A stretch of DNA of 64,000 nt from Piromyces finnis finn (GCA_002104945.1 MCFH01000002.1:1240001-1304000); one strand, 5' to 3'. Shown: positions 28,329 to 42,291, counted from the first letter of the stretch. Program-made: numbers and translations. The notes: generated from the letters alone by a model not told the origin.

Positions 28329-28954
28329 AAATAAGAAATATAATAATTGAAGTTTTTATTTATTTCATAATAGGATTAATGGTGATTCGTTTTGTTTTTT
28401 AAATGGTAATTATTTATATTTCCCAAATATAAGTTTTAAAATTATTAAAAAAAATATTGGATTATTTAGTTATAGATTGAAAATAAATATATAAATATAT
28501 ATTAGTCAGATAAATTAAAACAGAAAACTTTTATAAATTCTTTTTTTTTTTTCTCAATTATTATGATTTAATTATTGTTATTTTTATTATCATTACCTTT
28601 ACTGTGACCTAATATAGTAGTAACATTTTTACCAATGGTTTCTAAATGAACAACAACATCTCTTACATCTTCAGCTTCATCATAATAATTACCATAGGCA
28701 GTATCACCACCACTGTTACCATTACCACGAAAATCTAATTGACAAACAGAAAAGTAGTTTTTAAGACCCTCGGCAATGCCACTGATAAGAGGATGTTCCT
28801 TACCACTTAAAAGACCATGACAAAGAATAATGGTGCCATTTTTTATTTCATTTTCTTGACTCGTACATGGATGATAAACACAGGAAATATCAAAACCATT
28901 TCTAGAACGAACCTTGAAATAAGTTTTTTCTAATTTTTCTGATGTAGATGTCAT
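27531..28954 (-). CDS. Alpha/beta-hydrolase (Hydrolase_4/esterase-like), 3 exons
   Basis: ILCHGLLSG (oxyanion region), LDFRGNGNS, ILGHSK(A) nucleophile elbow, INVSGRFD, LTIHGDADTIVP (Asp), PGVSHGY (His). Confidence 0.88.
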
Positions 28955-30534
28955 CTTTTTTTTTTTTTATTACTTTTTAATGGTAAAAAAGAATAAAAAT
29001 TTTTTATATTTTAAAACCATATTTTGTTACACAAAACGTTTAATTAAAAACAACTCATTAAATTTAACAAATACACCGACTAGTTTAATACTAGGAAAAA
29101 TTTTCATTTTTTTACTATCTCTTTTGGGTCAAGTACTATCCAATAATAAAAATTTATATCCAAGAATACTTTATATTTAAATAATCAATAGAATCTTTGG
29201 GTTTATAGAGGAAGAAAACTTTATCTTTTTTTATATTATATTTTTTAAAATGAAAAAACTTCTATACATAAATATATATATTAATAAGCAATTATCCTTT
29301 CACTATCATGAATATATAATATATTAAAACTTTTTTTTTTTTCTTAATAATCTTTATTTATTTATTTTCTTTTACATTTTACAGATATAAAAAATACATG
29401 CTATAATTTTCTTTTTTTTTTTTTTTCGTGGTAATGTATAATTTATACTACTTTAAAGTGTGTAGTTAAATTTATGTAATACTAAAGTTTTTTTTTTTTT
29501 TTGCTGCTTAATTTTTATGTTTTTAAATTTTTTGAAATCAGAAAAAAAAAAAAAGTATTTTTTCTGTTTTAATTTGAATAACTATTAAATTAAATTAATA
29601 TTTTTTTATTATTATTATTTATATTATTATTATTATTTATTTTGTTTTTAGGTTTTTTATTTTTTATTTTTTATTTCTTTTTACTTTTAAAATTATATTA
29701 TAATATAATTTTTCTTTTTTTTTTTTTTTTTTTTTAATTGTATAATTTTTTTTTTTTTAATTACTATTATTTTTGTTATTATATTATTGTATTAGTGTTA
29801 ATAATTCATTGAAAGAATTGTTATTATTGAAATGGTTTTATGAGGAATAATCCTTTAAAAATAATAAATATACAAATATAAAGAGTATTGAAATATAAAT
29901 AAAAATTATTTTTTATATTAATAAAATGAGGTTGTTGATTTAGACTATATATATAATAATATATATTTAAAACAAAAAACAAAAAACAAAAAAAAAAAAA
30001 AAAAGTTGGATATTAATTATTTTCTTATTTTCTACTATTCTAATTTTCTAATTTTTTTTTTTTTTTTTTTCATTTATGATTTATCATGTCTATATAATTT
30101 TTATTTAAACTCTATATTTATATATACCTATTATTAGGGAATTATTTCTTTTTTTTATTAAAGAAAAAATATTAAATAAAAAGTACTTTTTCTACTAATA
30201 CAATTTATGAATATTTATATATATAAATAAAAATACTAAAATGGATTATTATTTTTATTATATATAATGATTATAATTAAATATTTTTTTTTAAAAAAAA
30301 AAAATAAATAAATAAAAACAAAAACTAGATTTTATTAATATTTAATAAATATTAATAATATTTGTTTTACTTCTTTCTTTCTTTCCTTTTTTTTAACAAA
30401 ATAATAAAATATTAATTAAAATATAAAATGTAAAAAGGTTTAAAAAATTATTTTAAATAAAATGAATACTATTTAACTTTTTTTTTCTCCAGAAAAAAAA
30501 TATCTTGGTAAAAATTTTATCTTAAAATTCATTT

Positions 30535-32679
30535 TTATATATAACCCCTATATGAAAATGAACTTCTTACACTTATTCTTTTAGAATTATAGTTCATATC
30601 TTCCTCTTCTGCATCATGATATATAGTTCCTGTAGTACTATCACCATCATTGATATTAATTTCTCTTGAACTAACTTTTTCACTAGAACTATTTGGTTCA
30701 CTATAACAAGCTAATACATCCATGGAATTTCTTTTCAACATATTTAATAGAGATGATCTTTTGCTACTTTTAGTTTCGATAGTATTATTTCCTGTTGATC
30801 TTGGATGAACAAAAAGCATATTGTTGGTGCCATCATTACTATAATTATTAGTATCTATTTATTTTTCACAAATTAATAATCAATTAATTAATATTCATTT
30901 AGTAAAAAAAAAAAAAAAAGGGAATAATGAATATAAAAAAATTATCTTTAGGATTTACTTACCAATAACTTTCGATAATGGTTTTTTATCATTTTTACCA
31001 TTATTTTTATCTGTTGTTTTAGAAGGTAAAGGATTTTTCAATTCTTGATGGTTATCTTTTTTATCATCATTACTTGGTATAATTTCATCCCCTTCCTCTT
31101 CATCATGAGATAAACATTTAATTGGATAGTAACCAAATTTTCTATATTTATGTCCTTTTGTTCTCGATTTTGGATTATTATCATTTTCGTAACTATTATA
31201 TTTTAATAATAGTTCACCATAGGCCCATCCATCTGGTAATAAATTAATGATGGATACAATATCACCATAGTGCAATTTAAGTTCTTCTTTACTATCATCA
31301 CCTTCAAAATTTGATAGTACATAATGTTTTGATGATAATATCTTAGTCTCCGCTTCACTTCCACTATAATTGGATTGGAAAGAGCGTTTCATTGATATTT
31401 TTGATTTTGCTTCCGAAGCCATCGATGTATCTGCAAAAAGATAAGAATTACTAACTTTTTTATCTAAAACTATGGGTGATTCCGAATAAACATTTGGAGA
31501 TTGCGGTAAATTGAAGGTCTTATCATTTTTTTCATTTCTCAGTGACTTCTTTTTATCAGGTATAAAGGGTATAGTGGAAGCCATTGATATTGGTGAAAGA
31601 GAAGTGAAATTAGGTGAATCTGGGTTTGGTACAATGTTTTGTTTATCTTGTGTAGATTTTATAGAAAGAGCTATGGTACCTTTAGATCTGTTACTATTTT
31701 GACTACTATGACTATAACTATCACTTATAGGATGTAATTTAACAGATAAAAGATTATGATCAGCTAATTTAGGAGAATGACAATATCTTGGATTGTCATT
31801 GTTATTTTTATTTTCGCTTAAAAATGATTTTTCCATTGCTGCTGAATTATAAGAGGCGCTACCAAGTGGAGGTGTATTTTTATCATAACAAAAAGAGGAT
31901 TCTTCAACTGTAAATATTGGAATTGGATCATCATCTTTCTTTTTTAGTTTTGAAACATATAATGCCATCACTACAGCAATAGCAAAAAATAATGATATTA
32001 CACCCAATATTATTAAATAAATATAATTACGGCTACCATCTTGTTTTTTACTTTTATTTTCTATAAGATTTGAATTTGGTGGTGGTACAAGTTCTTTTTT
32101 GATGGTTTCCGTTGGCAAATCAGTACTATTTTTATTTACATAATTTGGGCATCCAATTTCAATACAGTTTGAATTCTTACAGTTTAATTCCCTAGGAATA
32201 ATCGTAGAATTAATGGTTAATTTCTGCATTTCATTAATTTGTAAATCTGCCTTTAGGTACCAGTTATCTTGGGATTTATTATTGAAAAAGCAGGTATCAT
32301 TGTTTTTTGCAATTAGCTATACATATTTATTTAATAAAGAATAATATTTAATAAAATTTTTGAAATATTATTAAATATTATTAGTAAAAATAATAAATAG
32401 AATGATTTTTAACATTATAATAAATAAATAAATATTTACAATTTTTTCAGAATTACTTTCCAGGCTTGTTTTAACTTGTGTTAAAAAAATGCAATCGATA
32501 AATTGACATAATGAAAAATCAATAGCATATTCTGTATTGTTAAAATTATCTAATAAATTAAACTGTACATTCATTAAATCTCCAGGAACTATCTTTTCTG
32601 GATAGTTTGTAAAATTAAAGCTAATGCATTGAATGTAATTTATTAAAGATAAAACAATTACTAAGGATATTGTTAACAT
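30535..32679 (-). CDS. Type I membrane protein: signal peptide, Cys-containing ectodomain, TM helix, Ser-rich cytoplasmic region, SH3 domain; at least 3 exons, 3' end uncertain
   Basis: MLTISLVIVLSLINYIQC signal; TM YLIILGVISLFFAIAVVMALYV; SH3 motifs YVLSNFEG...ELKLHYGDIVSI...DGWAYG...GYYP. Confidence 0.75.
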
Positions 32680-35101
32680 TTTTGGATAATATTATTGTAA
32701 AAGAAACTTTTTCTCAATATTGCTTAATTTATATTAAAAAAAGTATTTATACTTTTTCAAATTCAACACTTTTTTTTTTTTCTTTAAGAAATTATTTAAA
32801 ATTAACTTTAAAAAACGTTTAACTTTTTATATATTAAATGCGTATTTTTAAATATAATAAATATGAATAAGAAAAAAATATATATAATAACATAATTATA
32901 TATTTTTTCTTTTAGCTAATTAAATGATTTTACTAAAGATAAAATAAATTCATTACTTTATTATATTGATGATGAGCAAGTTTGTTTTATCTTGTTTTAT
33001 TTTTTATTATTATTGTTGTGGTTGTAGTTGTTGTTGATAAAAGATTTTATTTTTATATTTATTAATTATATTTAATTTTATTATACTTTTTTTTTTTTTT
33101 GTTTATTATTATTATTCTTTATCTTTTAACTTTATTTTTTATTGATCTTTATTTTTTCCCTTTAAACTAAAAAGACTATTTTCATTTTCAATTATTAGTT
33201 TTATAAATTAATCAGAAAAAAAAAAAAAGATGTAATGAATTCTTTTAAAAATTAAAACAAATATATTATTTAGATATAAATAATCAAAATATCTATTATT
33301 AAATATATTTGAAATTATTTCTAGTTTTATATATTAGTTAATAGTTTGTTTTTCTTTTCTTTATAGTTTTAATTTCTATTTATTGTGTAAATAAAATTTA
33401 CTCAATGAATTGAAAATAATCATTTTATTTTAAGGTAAAAAAAAAAAAAAAAGAAAAAAGAAAAAGAATACATTATTAAAATAGAAATTCATTTTTCAAA
33501 ATTAATTAAAATTAAAGTTAAATATATCATCTAGAGGATAAATTAAATTTTTATCATTCACAAAAAAATTTTAATTAAAAATATAATTATATGAATGAAT
33601 AAATAAATAAATAAATAAATATATCTATATTTATGTAATTAATACCACATTAAATAAATGAATAAATAAATAAATTACTAATATTATATGTAAGAGGTTT
33701 AAAATTTAAAACAAAGCATACTATTATCTTTTTTTCATTTATTTCTACCTACAAATTTAAAAGTTTTAATGATTAGTAAGAATTAAAAAAAAAAAATAAA
33801 GAATATAACTATTTTTATCAATGGCATGATTTATTTATAAATATAGTTGTCCTTCTTTTATTTACTAATGATCAATAGCCAGTTTTTATTTTTCGTTACC
33901 GCTTTTATTTTTTTTTGTCATGCTTTTTAGGAATGATTTCTATAAATAATAATAAATGACTTGTTTGAGTATGCTTCAAATGGTTTATTTTTGTTCCTAA
34001 AATTTTTTTCAAGTTACCATTTTTTAATTTATTTTTAATTTATTTTTATTAGAGTAATCTTTATTTTATTATTGATTAAAGTTTGCGTCATCGTAGTACA
34101 AAACACAAAAATAGTTGATTGTTAATATTATGGAAAACGCCAAAAAAGAAAATGATTAATACATTTTGTATAGTTACAACAGGAATAATGATTTGATTGG
34201 ATAAAAGATCAAAATAATTTAGTATTATGTAAATGGATAGAAAAGTTTTAATTTGTAAATTATTAAATAAAAAGGTAACAAAACAAAAAAAAAAAGAGAA
34301 AGCATCATATGAAGAAGAAAAGTAAAAAAAGATTCCTTTAAAAAATATATTTTTCATAATAAAGAAAGAAGTAAAATAAATCATCAATGAAAAAAAAAGG
34401 TATTATAAGCTCAATACATCAAAGTTATATTAACATAAATAATATTAAAAAAAAAAAAAGGATAAATCAATTTATTTTATTTTATTCCTTATATTTATAT
34501 AAAAATAGGTATAATTGTATAATTGTATAATAATAATTTTTAAAAGATTGATCATTGTTTGTAGGAAATAAAGAAAAAAAAAAAAAAGAAAAAAAGAAAT
34601 CCCTTTTTTATTATATAAATACATGTATAATGAATGGTTTGATTCTATAACGGCATTTTTTAAAAAATTAAAAAATTTGCTCCTTTATTCTAAACAAATA
34701 AACAAACCATACCTAAATCATATCAATAATAAAATAGCCCTTTTCTTTTCATTCATTTATTTAATAAAGAAAAAAAAGGATATTTCTTTTTTTTTAAAAA
34801 TATAAAATTGAGAAATTCTTTTAAAAATAATTAAAAAAAAAAAGGTTACACTAAAAATTTATTTTAAAATTTTTAAAAATTAATCTCCATTTTTATTAAA
34901 AAAAATTTTTTTTTTTTTTTTTTTTTTCTGCAAGACATTAAAAACCGAAAACCACCAATTACCCTCATTTTAAATTTGAAAAAGTTTTTTTTTTTTTTTT
35001 ATACAAATTTAAAAAAAAAATATTTTTTTTTGTCAAAAGAATAAATTATAATTTCATTGAATTGATATTTTAGACTTTTCATTATAATAAAAAGAATAAA
35101 A

Positions 35102-36358
35102 ATGCAAGCAGATATTGAAGAATTAAGAGACATAAGAAACTCTTATTTCAAAAATAATACTTATCAAGAAAATAAAAGAAACAATACATATAACTACGAA
35201 AGAAATGGAAGAAATAGCAGATATTCCTATAGCAATAATAGTTACAATGATAACTTTGATGATAATAAAGAAGAAAACATTGAATTTATACCTAAAACTA
35301 TTAGAAAATATAATTTAATATATTGTATCATATTTTTATACTTTATATATTCTATTATATCTAATTCAATGATATGTGGTATCATTGTATTAAATGTAAT
35401 AGTATGTATATTATGGAAAATAGCTATATATAATAAGCAAAAATACTATGATGATGAATTATTAATATTCATGAACAATAATTTTACTGTCTCATGGAAT
35501 AATTTAGTTAATAAAAAAAGATATTGGGTCCTCATTACTTCAGTATTTTCACATGAAAGTATTATTCATTTGGCAAACAATATGATTACATTTTATTATA
35601 TTGCATTTTCAGTAAGTATTAAAAAAAAAGTATAACAATAAAGAATTGAAAAGGAAAAAATAATAAAGTATAGCAATAAGGTGTTAAAAAAATAAAATTT
35701 AAATTACGTTAAACAATTATCCTAATTAACTAATAATAAATTATAATAATTGAACTATTTTATTTTATATTAACGTGCTTTCTAGTTAATAAACCATATT
35801 GGGAAAAAAAGGTTTATAATAGCTTATTTATTATCAGGAATTGGCTCTTCCTATTTTCATGCTCTTTTCTATCATATGATTGTTCCAAAATTAAAGAGAA
35901 ACTACAATAACCTTTATTTGTTTAATTTATTTTATTCCTCATCCTCATCTATTGAAGATTCATATGATGATGTTTCAAGTCTCGGTGCTTCAGGCGCCAT
36001 TACAGGTATTGACACAATATTTTCCTGTCTATTTCCGACAAGTACTGTCATCTATTATGATTTAGAATTACCTTCATGGCTATATATGATAGTATTTATG
36101 GTTGTAGATATTTATCGTTCTATTACACTAACTAACGGTGATATTGATACCATCGGTCATGTTGGAGGAGGTAAATATTCATATAATATACTCTTATTTA
36201 AATATACAATAATTCTTAAATTATAATATTTAATTACTAATTTTTTTTTTTGTTTATATATATCTATATACTTATTATTTCTTTTAGGAATTGTTGGCTA
36301 TATTTATTATTCTTATAATTTAAAAAAAAATAGAAAAAGACGTTTTATCTATAATTAA
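35102..36358 (+). CDS. PARL-derived rhomboid protease, copy B, lacking the long N-terminal extension; 3 exons
   Basis: YWVLITSVFSH, HLANNM, LGASG, GHVGG; same two intron positions as the 15708-17403 gene; last exon GIVGYIYYSYNLKKNRKRRFIYN, stop 36356-36358. Confidence 0.85.
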
Positions 36359-36517
36359 AATAGAATTATATAATTTATAAAAAATACATTGATTTTAAAT
36401 TTTAAACCTATACAAATGATATTATATCTGATCTTTTAAAAATTTTTTTTTTTTTTTTTTTTTGAATTAGTTAATATAGAATTAATATTTAATAAAAACT
36501 ACCTTTTTTAATACCTA

Positions 36518-36658
<141 letters not shown>

Positions 36659-37342
36659 TATTGTACTTCTTTTTTAAAATATATATATATAATATTACGA
36701 AATTAAGAAACTTTAAAGTTAATAAATTACAATATGATATATATAAATTTTAAATATCTTTTATAATTATTATTATCATCCAAAACTTGTTTTGTATTTT
36801 TAAATTATTTATCTATCGAATACATTTAATATAAATAATAATTATAAATATTTCTTATATTGAATATTGATATAAATAATAATAAAAAATAATTGTAAAG
36901 AAAGGCTAAATTAACCCCTAATTATAAATTAGGGCCATGTATGAAATTGAAAAGGCATTTAAATGTTCGGATAATTTAGTTCTTGAATAAGCTGGATCAT
37001 ATATTAAAAAGTCGGAACTCTTTAAAGTTTTATAATCACCGGTATAACCATAAACGGCAACCCAATGCTGATTACCAGATGTGTTTATAGCACCATATGG
37101 AACGATACGACCAGCTCTAAGAGAGTTCAAAACAATTTGTAAAGAAGGTGAATTTACGATTTTAAAACCTAAATCATTGAAACTAGAATGATAAGCACCA
37201 CAATTAGAAAATGCCATTTTTTTAGCGATATCGTAAGGAGTATTTAATTTATTTTGAATTCGATTAAGAGCCATAGTAATTGAAGTTATACAGCATCCAT
37301 ACTTTTTTATCGTACAACCAGGAGTATATTCATTTGAATAAT
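36659..37342. repeat. Near-identical duplicate of 39679-40362 (offset 3020 bp)
   Basis: By-eye alignment shows only 4 substitutions (36678, 36792, 37325, 37337) in about 685 bp. Confidence 0.9.
36918..37342 (-). pseudogene. 5'-truncated copy of the C39-like peptidase domain (no signal peptide, no SH3b domains)
   Basis: Almost identical to the 3' part of 39938-40858. The ORF-track start at 37460 is TTG in low-complexity DNA; the first in-frame ATG lies downstream of the catalytic Cys. Confidence 0.7.
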
Positions 37343-38076
37343 ATTTAGTATGATAAAGAATACTTTTAATAAAGTACAATAATTCTTTTTTATCATATAG
37401 ATTCTTATTATTATTTATTTTTTTAAAAAAAAAAAAAAGAAAAAGAACCTTGGAAAGCAATTCTAACTGATAACTATATTCAATGTAGTGTATAAAGGTA
37501 TTACTATATCATATGAAATATATGAAATAGTTACAAAAAAAAAAAAAAAAAAATAGAATAAACAATAATTATTCTATTTTATTATATAATGAAATTTTTG
37601 ATATTAATTATTATTAATAGTAAAATAAATAAATTTGAATAATTTAATGGCTTATTTATTCATTCTTTTAGTTTTAAAAACATTCTTCTTCTTTTTCTTT
37701 TTTTTTTTTTTTTTTTCTGTTATTTAAAAAATGTAAATGTATAAATGTGGGATTATCTATTTTTCTTTTAAAATTATTTATATAAATTCTATTAAACTTT
37801 TTTCTTTTTGGATATATTATTTTTATCCTCAAATTATTTACATTATAAAATTTTCTTTTTTTTTCTGTCAAGACAATAAAAACAAAAAAATTACCAATAA
37901 CTTTAATTTGAAAAATATTTTTTATAAAAGTCTAAAAAAAAAAAAAATAAAAAATTAAAATTATTTAAATAATTATTTTAAATTTTATGTTGAATTGAAT
38001 ATAAAATAAATAAAAATAATAAATAAATAAATAATAGTAATAACTAAATAAAACAACAATAATAAAAAGAATAAAA

Positions 38077-39232
38077 ATGCAACCAGATATTGAGGAATTA
38101 AGAGGCATAAGAAACTCGTATTTCAAAAATAATACTTATCAAAAAAATAAAAGAAATAATACATATAATTATGAGAAAAATGAAAGAAATAATGAATATT
38201 CCTATGACAATAGTAGGAATAATGATAGCTTTAATAACACTAATAGAAGAGCAACTAATGGTGTAATAGAAAAAATTGAGTTTATAATCAAAATTATTTT
38301 TAAAAAAAATATAAATGTGGTATATGGTATTATTGTATTAAATGTAATAGTACATATATTATGGGAAATTGCGAGCTATAATAAAGAAGAATTTTATGAT
38401 GAAGAATTATTAAGATTCATGAACAATCATTTTACTATTTCATGGAATAATTTAATAAAAAGAAAAAGATATTGGACTCTTATTACTTCAACATTTTCAC
38501 ATAAAAGTATTATTCATTTGACGAGTAATATGTCTACATTTTATTATTTTGCATTACCGGTAAGTATAAAAATAAATAAAAAAATAAAATAAAATAATTT
38601 GAATTATATTAAATAATTATTCCAATTACAATTAACGTAATTAACTAATATATTAATAAATTATAGTAATTGACTAAATTATTTTTTATTTTAACATGCT
38701 TTTAGGTAATAAATCGTATTGGAAAAAAAAGATTTTTAATGGCTTATTTTTTAGCAGGAATTGGTTCTTCCTATTCTCATGTCTTTTTCTATCATATAGT
38801 TGTCCCAAAATTAATTAAAAACTATAATAGAAATTACTTGTTTGATTTATTCTATTCCTCATATATGAAATATTCATATGATAATGTTTCAAGTCTTGGT
38901 GCTTCAGGTGCCATTACAGGTATTAATACAATATTTTCATGCCTATTTCCAACAAGACTTGTCTCCTATAATAATCGTTTAAGATTACCTTCATGGTTAT
39001 ATATGGTATTATTTATGGTTGGTGATTTCTATCGTTCTGTTACATTAACTAACGGTAATATTGATACTATTGGTCATGTTGGAGGAGGTAAATATATTCA
39101 TATAATATATTCTTATTCAAATATACAATAATTTTTAAATTTTAATATTTAATTACTTTAAATTTTTATATATTTTATTATCCCTTAATAGGAATTGTTG
39201 GTTATATTTACTATTTTTATAACCTTATTTAA
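38077..39232 (+). CDS. PARL-derived rhomboid protease, copy C, tandem paralog of copy B; 3 exons
   Basis: YWTLITSTFSH, HLTSNM, LGASG, GHVGG; same intron positions; stop 39230-39232. Confidence 0.87.
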
Positions 39233-39602
39233 TAATCATCATTAAAAGCCTCATTTTTTCCAAGAAGAAAGGAAAAAAAAAATTGTAAAAAAAAATTATA
39301 TATTATTTATAATTAAAATAAAACTAAAATTACTTTATTCATTAAAAATGTATTATTGATTTTAAAGCTATATAAATTATATTATACCAGATTTTAAAAA
39401 AAAATTTTTTTTTTTTCTAAATTAATTCATATAGAACTATTATAGCATGTTCCGATAAAAATCACTTTATTTTTTCTTTAAAAAAAAAAATAACTATCCT
39501 TTTTTTTTTTTTTCTATTTATTGTACTTCCTGAAAAAAAATATGTTATTACAAAATTTTAAAAATAATAAATTACAATAAAATATAAATAAACTTTAAAT
39601 AA

Positions 39603-39678
<76 letters not shown>

Positions 39679-39937
39679 TATTGTACTTCTTTTTTAATAT
39701 ATATATATATAATATTACGAAATTAAGAAACTTTAAAGTTAATAAATTACAATATGATATATATAAATTTTAAATATCTTTTATAATTATTATTATCATC
39801 CAAAACTTGTTCTGTATTTTTAAATTATTTATCTATCGAATACATTTAATATAAATAATAATTATAAATATTTCTTATATTGAATATTGATATAAATAAT
39901 AATAAAAAATAATTGTAAAGAAAGGCTAAATTAACCC

Positions 39938-40858
39938 CTAATTATAAATTAGGGCCATGTATGAAATTGAAAAGGCATTTAAATGTTCGGATAATTTAGT
40001 TCTTGAATAAGCTGGATCATATATTAAAAAGTCGGAACTCTTTAAAGTTTTATAATCACCGGTATAACCATAAACGGCAACCCAATGCTGATTACCAGAT
40101 GTGTTTATAGCACCATATGGAACGATACGACCAGCTCTAAGAGAGTTCAAAACAATTTGTAAAGAAGGTGAATTTACGATTTTAAAACCTAAATCATTGA
40201 AACTAGAATGATAAGCACCACAATTAGAAAATGCCATTTTTTTAGCGATATCGTAAGGAGTATTTAATTTATTTTGAATTCGATTAAGAGCCATAGTAAT
40301 TGAAGTTATACAGCATCCATACTTTTTTATCGTACAACCAGGAGCATATTCATTTGGATAATCATATTGTTTAAGAAGTTGAGTAGTAAGTTCAATTCTA
40401 CCACTATTTTGAGTTGAAGGTATAATAGTAGATGAACCTTTTGGTATCAAGTAGGTCATACTACAATAACCATTTCCGGTGACACCCCAACTACTATTAA
40501 ATGGATCTCTTCCATAGTACGTCACAACAGTACCACTAACTAAAGTAGATATAGCATTATAAGAGGTACTTGGACCAGTTCTAAAGTTAAGAGATGTTGT
40601 GGTTTTATAATTTGGATTAATTGTAACTTTTGTTAAATATTGAGTACTACAATAACCTTTGTAAAATTTGGCCCAACCATTTGATACGCTAGTAACATAA
40701 ATATAATCATTGTTTTTTAAAGAACCTACAATAGATGAACTTGTACTTGCTTTACTTCTAATATTTAATTTAGACTCAACATTTACTTTATATACAGCAC
40801 CAGCAATTGTTACTATTACATTAAACAAAATTAATAATAATATTTTTAATGCATTCAT
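39938..40858 (-). CDS. Secreted, intronless protein: signal peptide + 2 bacterial SH3 (SH3b/SH3_3) domains + papain-fold C39-like peptidase domain
   Basis: MNALKILLLILFNVIVTIAG signal; LNIRSKASTSSSIVGSL...NGWAK...GYCSTQYL and LNFRTGPSTSYNAISTL...W...GYCSMTYL (SH3b); LKQYD (Gln), YGCCITSITM (Cys), QHWVAVYGY (His), LIYDP (Asp). Confidence 0.85.
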   Translation of the reverse strand: MNALKILLLILFNVIVTIAGAVYKVNVESKLNIRSKASTSSSIVGSLKNNDYIYVTSVSNGWAKFYKGYCSTQYLTKVTINPNYKTTTSLNFRTGPSTSYNAISTLVSGTVVTYYGRDPFNSSWGVTGNGYCSMTYLIPKGSSTIIPSTQNSGRIELTTQLLKQYDYPNEYAPGCTIKKYGCCITSITMALNRIQNKLNTPYDIAKKMAFSNCGAYHSSFNDLGFKIVNSPSLQIVLNSLRAGRIVPYGAINTSGNQHWVAVYGYTGDYKTLKSSDFLIYDPAYSRTKLSEHLNAFSISYMALIYN

Positions 40859-42291
40859 TTTCTTTTTATAAATAGATATATATATTGATTATTATAGGTA
40901 TAAATAACTAAATAAAAAAAAATTCAAAAAAAAAAAAGGTTTAAAAAATTGATAAATATATATAAAAAAAAATGAAATGAAATAACAAAATAATAATTAA
41001 TATAAATTAATTAAAAAAAATTAATCTTTATTATAACTAATAAATGAAAATTAAATTATAAAATAATTTGATGGCTGTTTATTGTGTCTAGTAAATATTT
41101 ACAATAGGATTTTAATAGATAGCATTTTAAAATCATATTTCATAATAAATATATATATTCGCTTATCATTTAGTTTAATTAAAATATTAATAAAACTTTA
41201 TAATATAATAATTTGGTTTAATTCATTTCTCAAAAAAAATAAATTTAAAAATCTTATAAAATATTAAAAAAGATAATTTTTATAATTTAAAAAATTATTT
41301 TCTTTTCATAAAAATTCATGATTTTATTTGATTTATTGGTCAATTTTCTAAAAAGAATAAAATTATAATAATTAATACCTGATTTTCTAATACTAATTTT
41401 TAAATTCTTATACCTCTTTTTAATAAAAAGTATAGACTTTATTCTGGTAGTAAATATAATATATATAGTTATTTATACAATTTTATACAATTTTATACAA
41501 ATGTTTTATTTAAAAAAAATTAATTCAATTTAATACAAATATTTTATTTTATTAAATGCTTTATTTAAAAAATTAATTTTAAAGTATATGAAACTAAAGA
41601 CAATTATTTAATTTTAAATAGGTAGTATAGGTTTCATAGACAATTTCATAATAGTTGTATTACAAATTAAAGGATGAATAATTATATATTCTCTAAATAT
41701 TTTGAAATTATTTTTTGTGAATCTTATCATTATCCTTGACATTATTTGCACTAAAAAAATTGAATTCAGTATATTCATAAAAGTAATTAAAGAAAATGAT
41801 CATTTAATCTATTAAAATACCTTTTAAATTATTTTTTTAACACAATTATACTAATATACTAATGTAACCAAATAATAATCCTTATTAAAATGTTAAAAAA
41901 AAAAAGGTAATAATATTAAATATTAAAATTTTAATATTTTTTTTTTAAAGTCATTTTTCCAATTAAAAAAAAAAAAAAAAAAAAAAACTTTTCAAAATTA
42001 AATTAAATTTTTAGAAAAGTCAAGATTTTAAAAAAGTAATTAATAAATGACCAATAAGATTAGTGAATCATCATTAAAACATGGTTATTAAATAGTTGTT
42101 AATTTATGTCAAATTAATCGAACATTTAAAATTTTAATTTACTGTTACACAACTATTTAATTAAATAAAGAAAGGTAAATCATTAAAATGTGACAATTGA
42201 TGATAAATTGATGGTATAAAATATATTATTGGGGATATTGGGGGGTGAAAATAATTCAGAATAATTTTTACGCAATCGACAAAAAATAGTA

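Noticed and set aside
34088-34387. 99-aa minus-strand ORF; on the plus strand a piggyBac-like LVLCKW fragment near 34200-34250
   Set aside because: Low-complexity Phe/Ile-rich ORF; the transposase resemblance needs a frameshift and covers too few residues.
36918-37460. A functional 180-aa stand-alone peptidase as given in the ORF track
   Set aside because: The start is TTG within poly-T low-complexity sequence and no ATG precedes the catalytic Cys; treated as a truncated copy.
39938-40858. Bacterial contamination as the explanation for the SH3b-C39 gene
   Set aside because: AT-rich codon usage and flanks match the host, it lies between spliced fungal genes, and part of it is locally duplicated. 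Long-read confirmation is still advisable.
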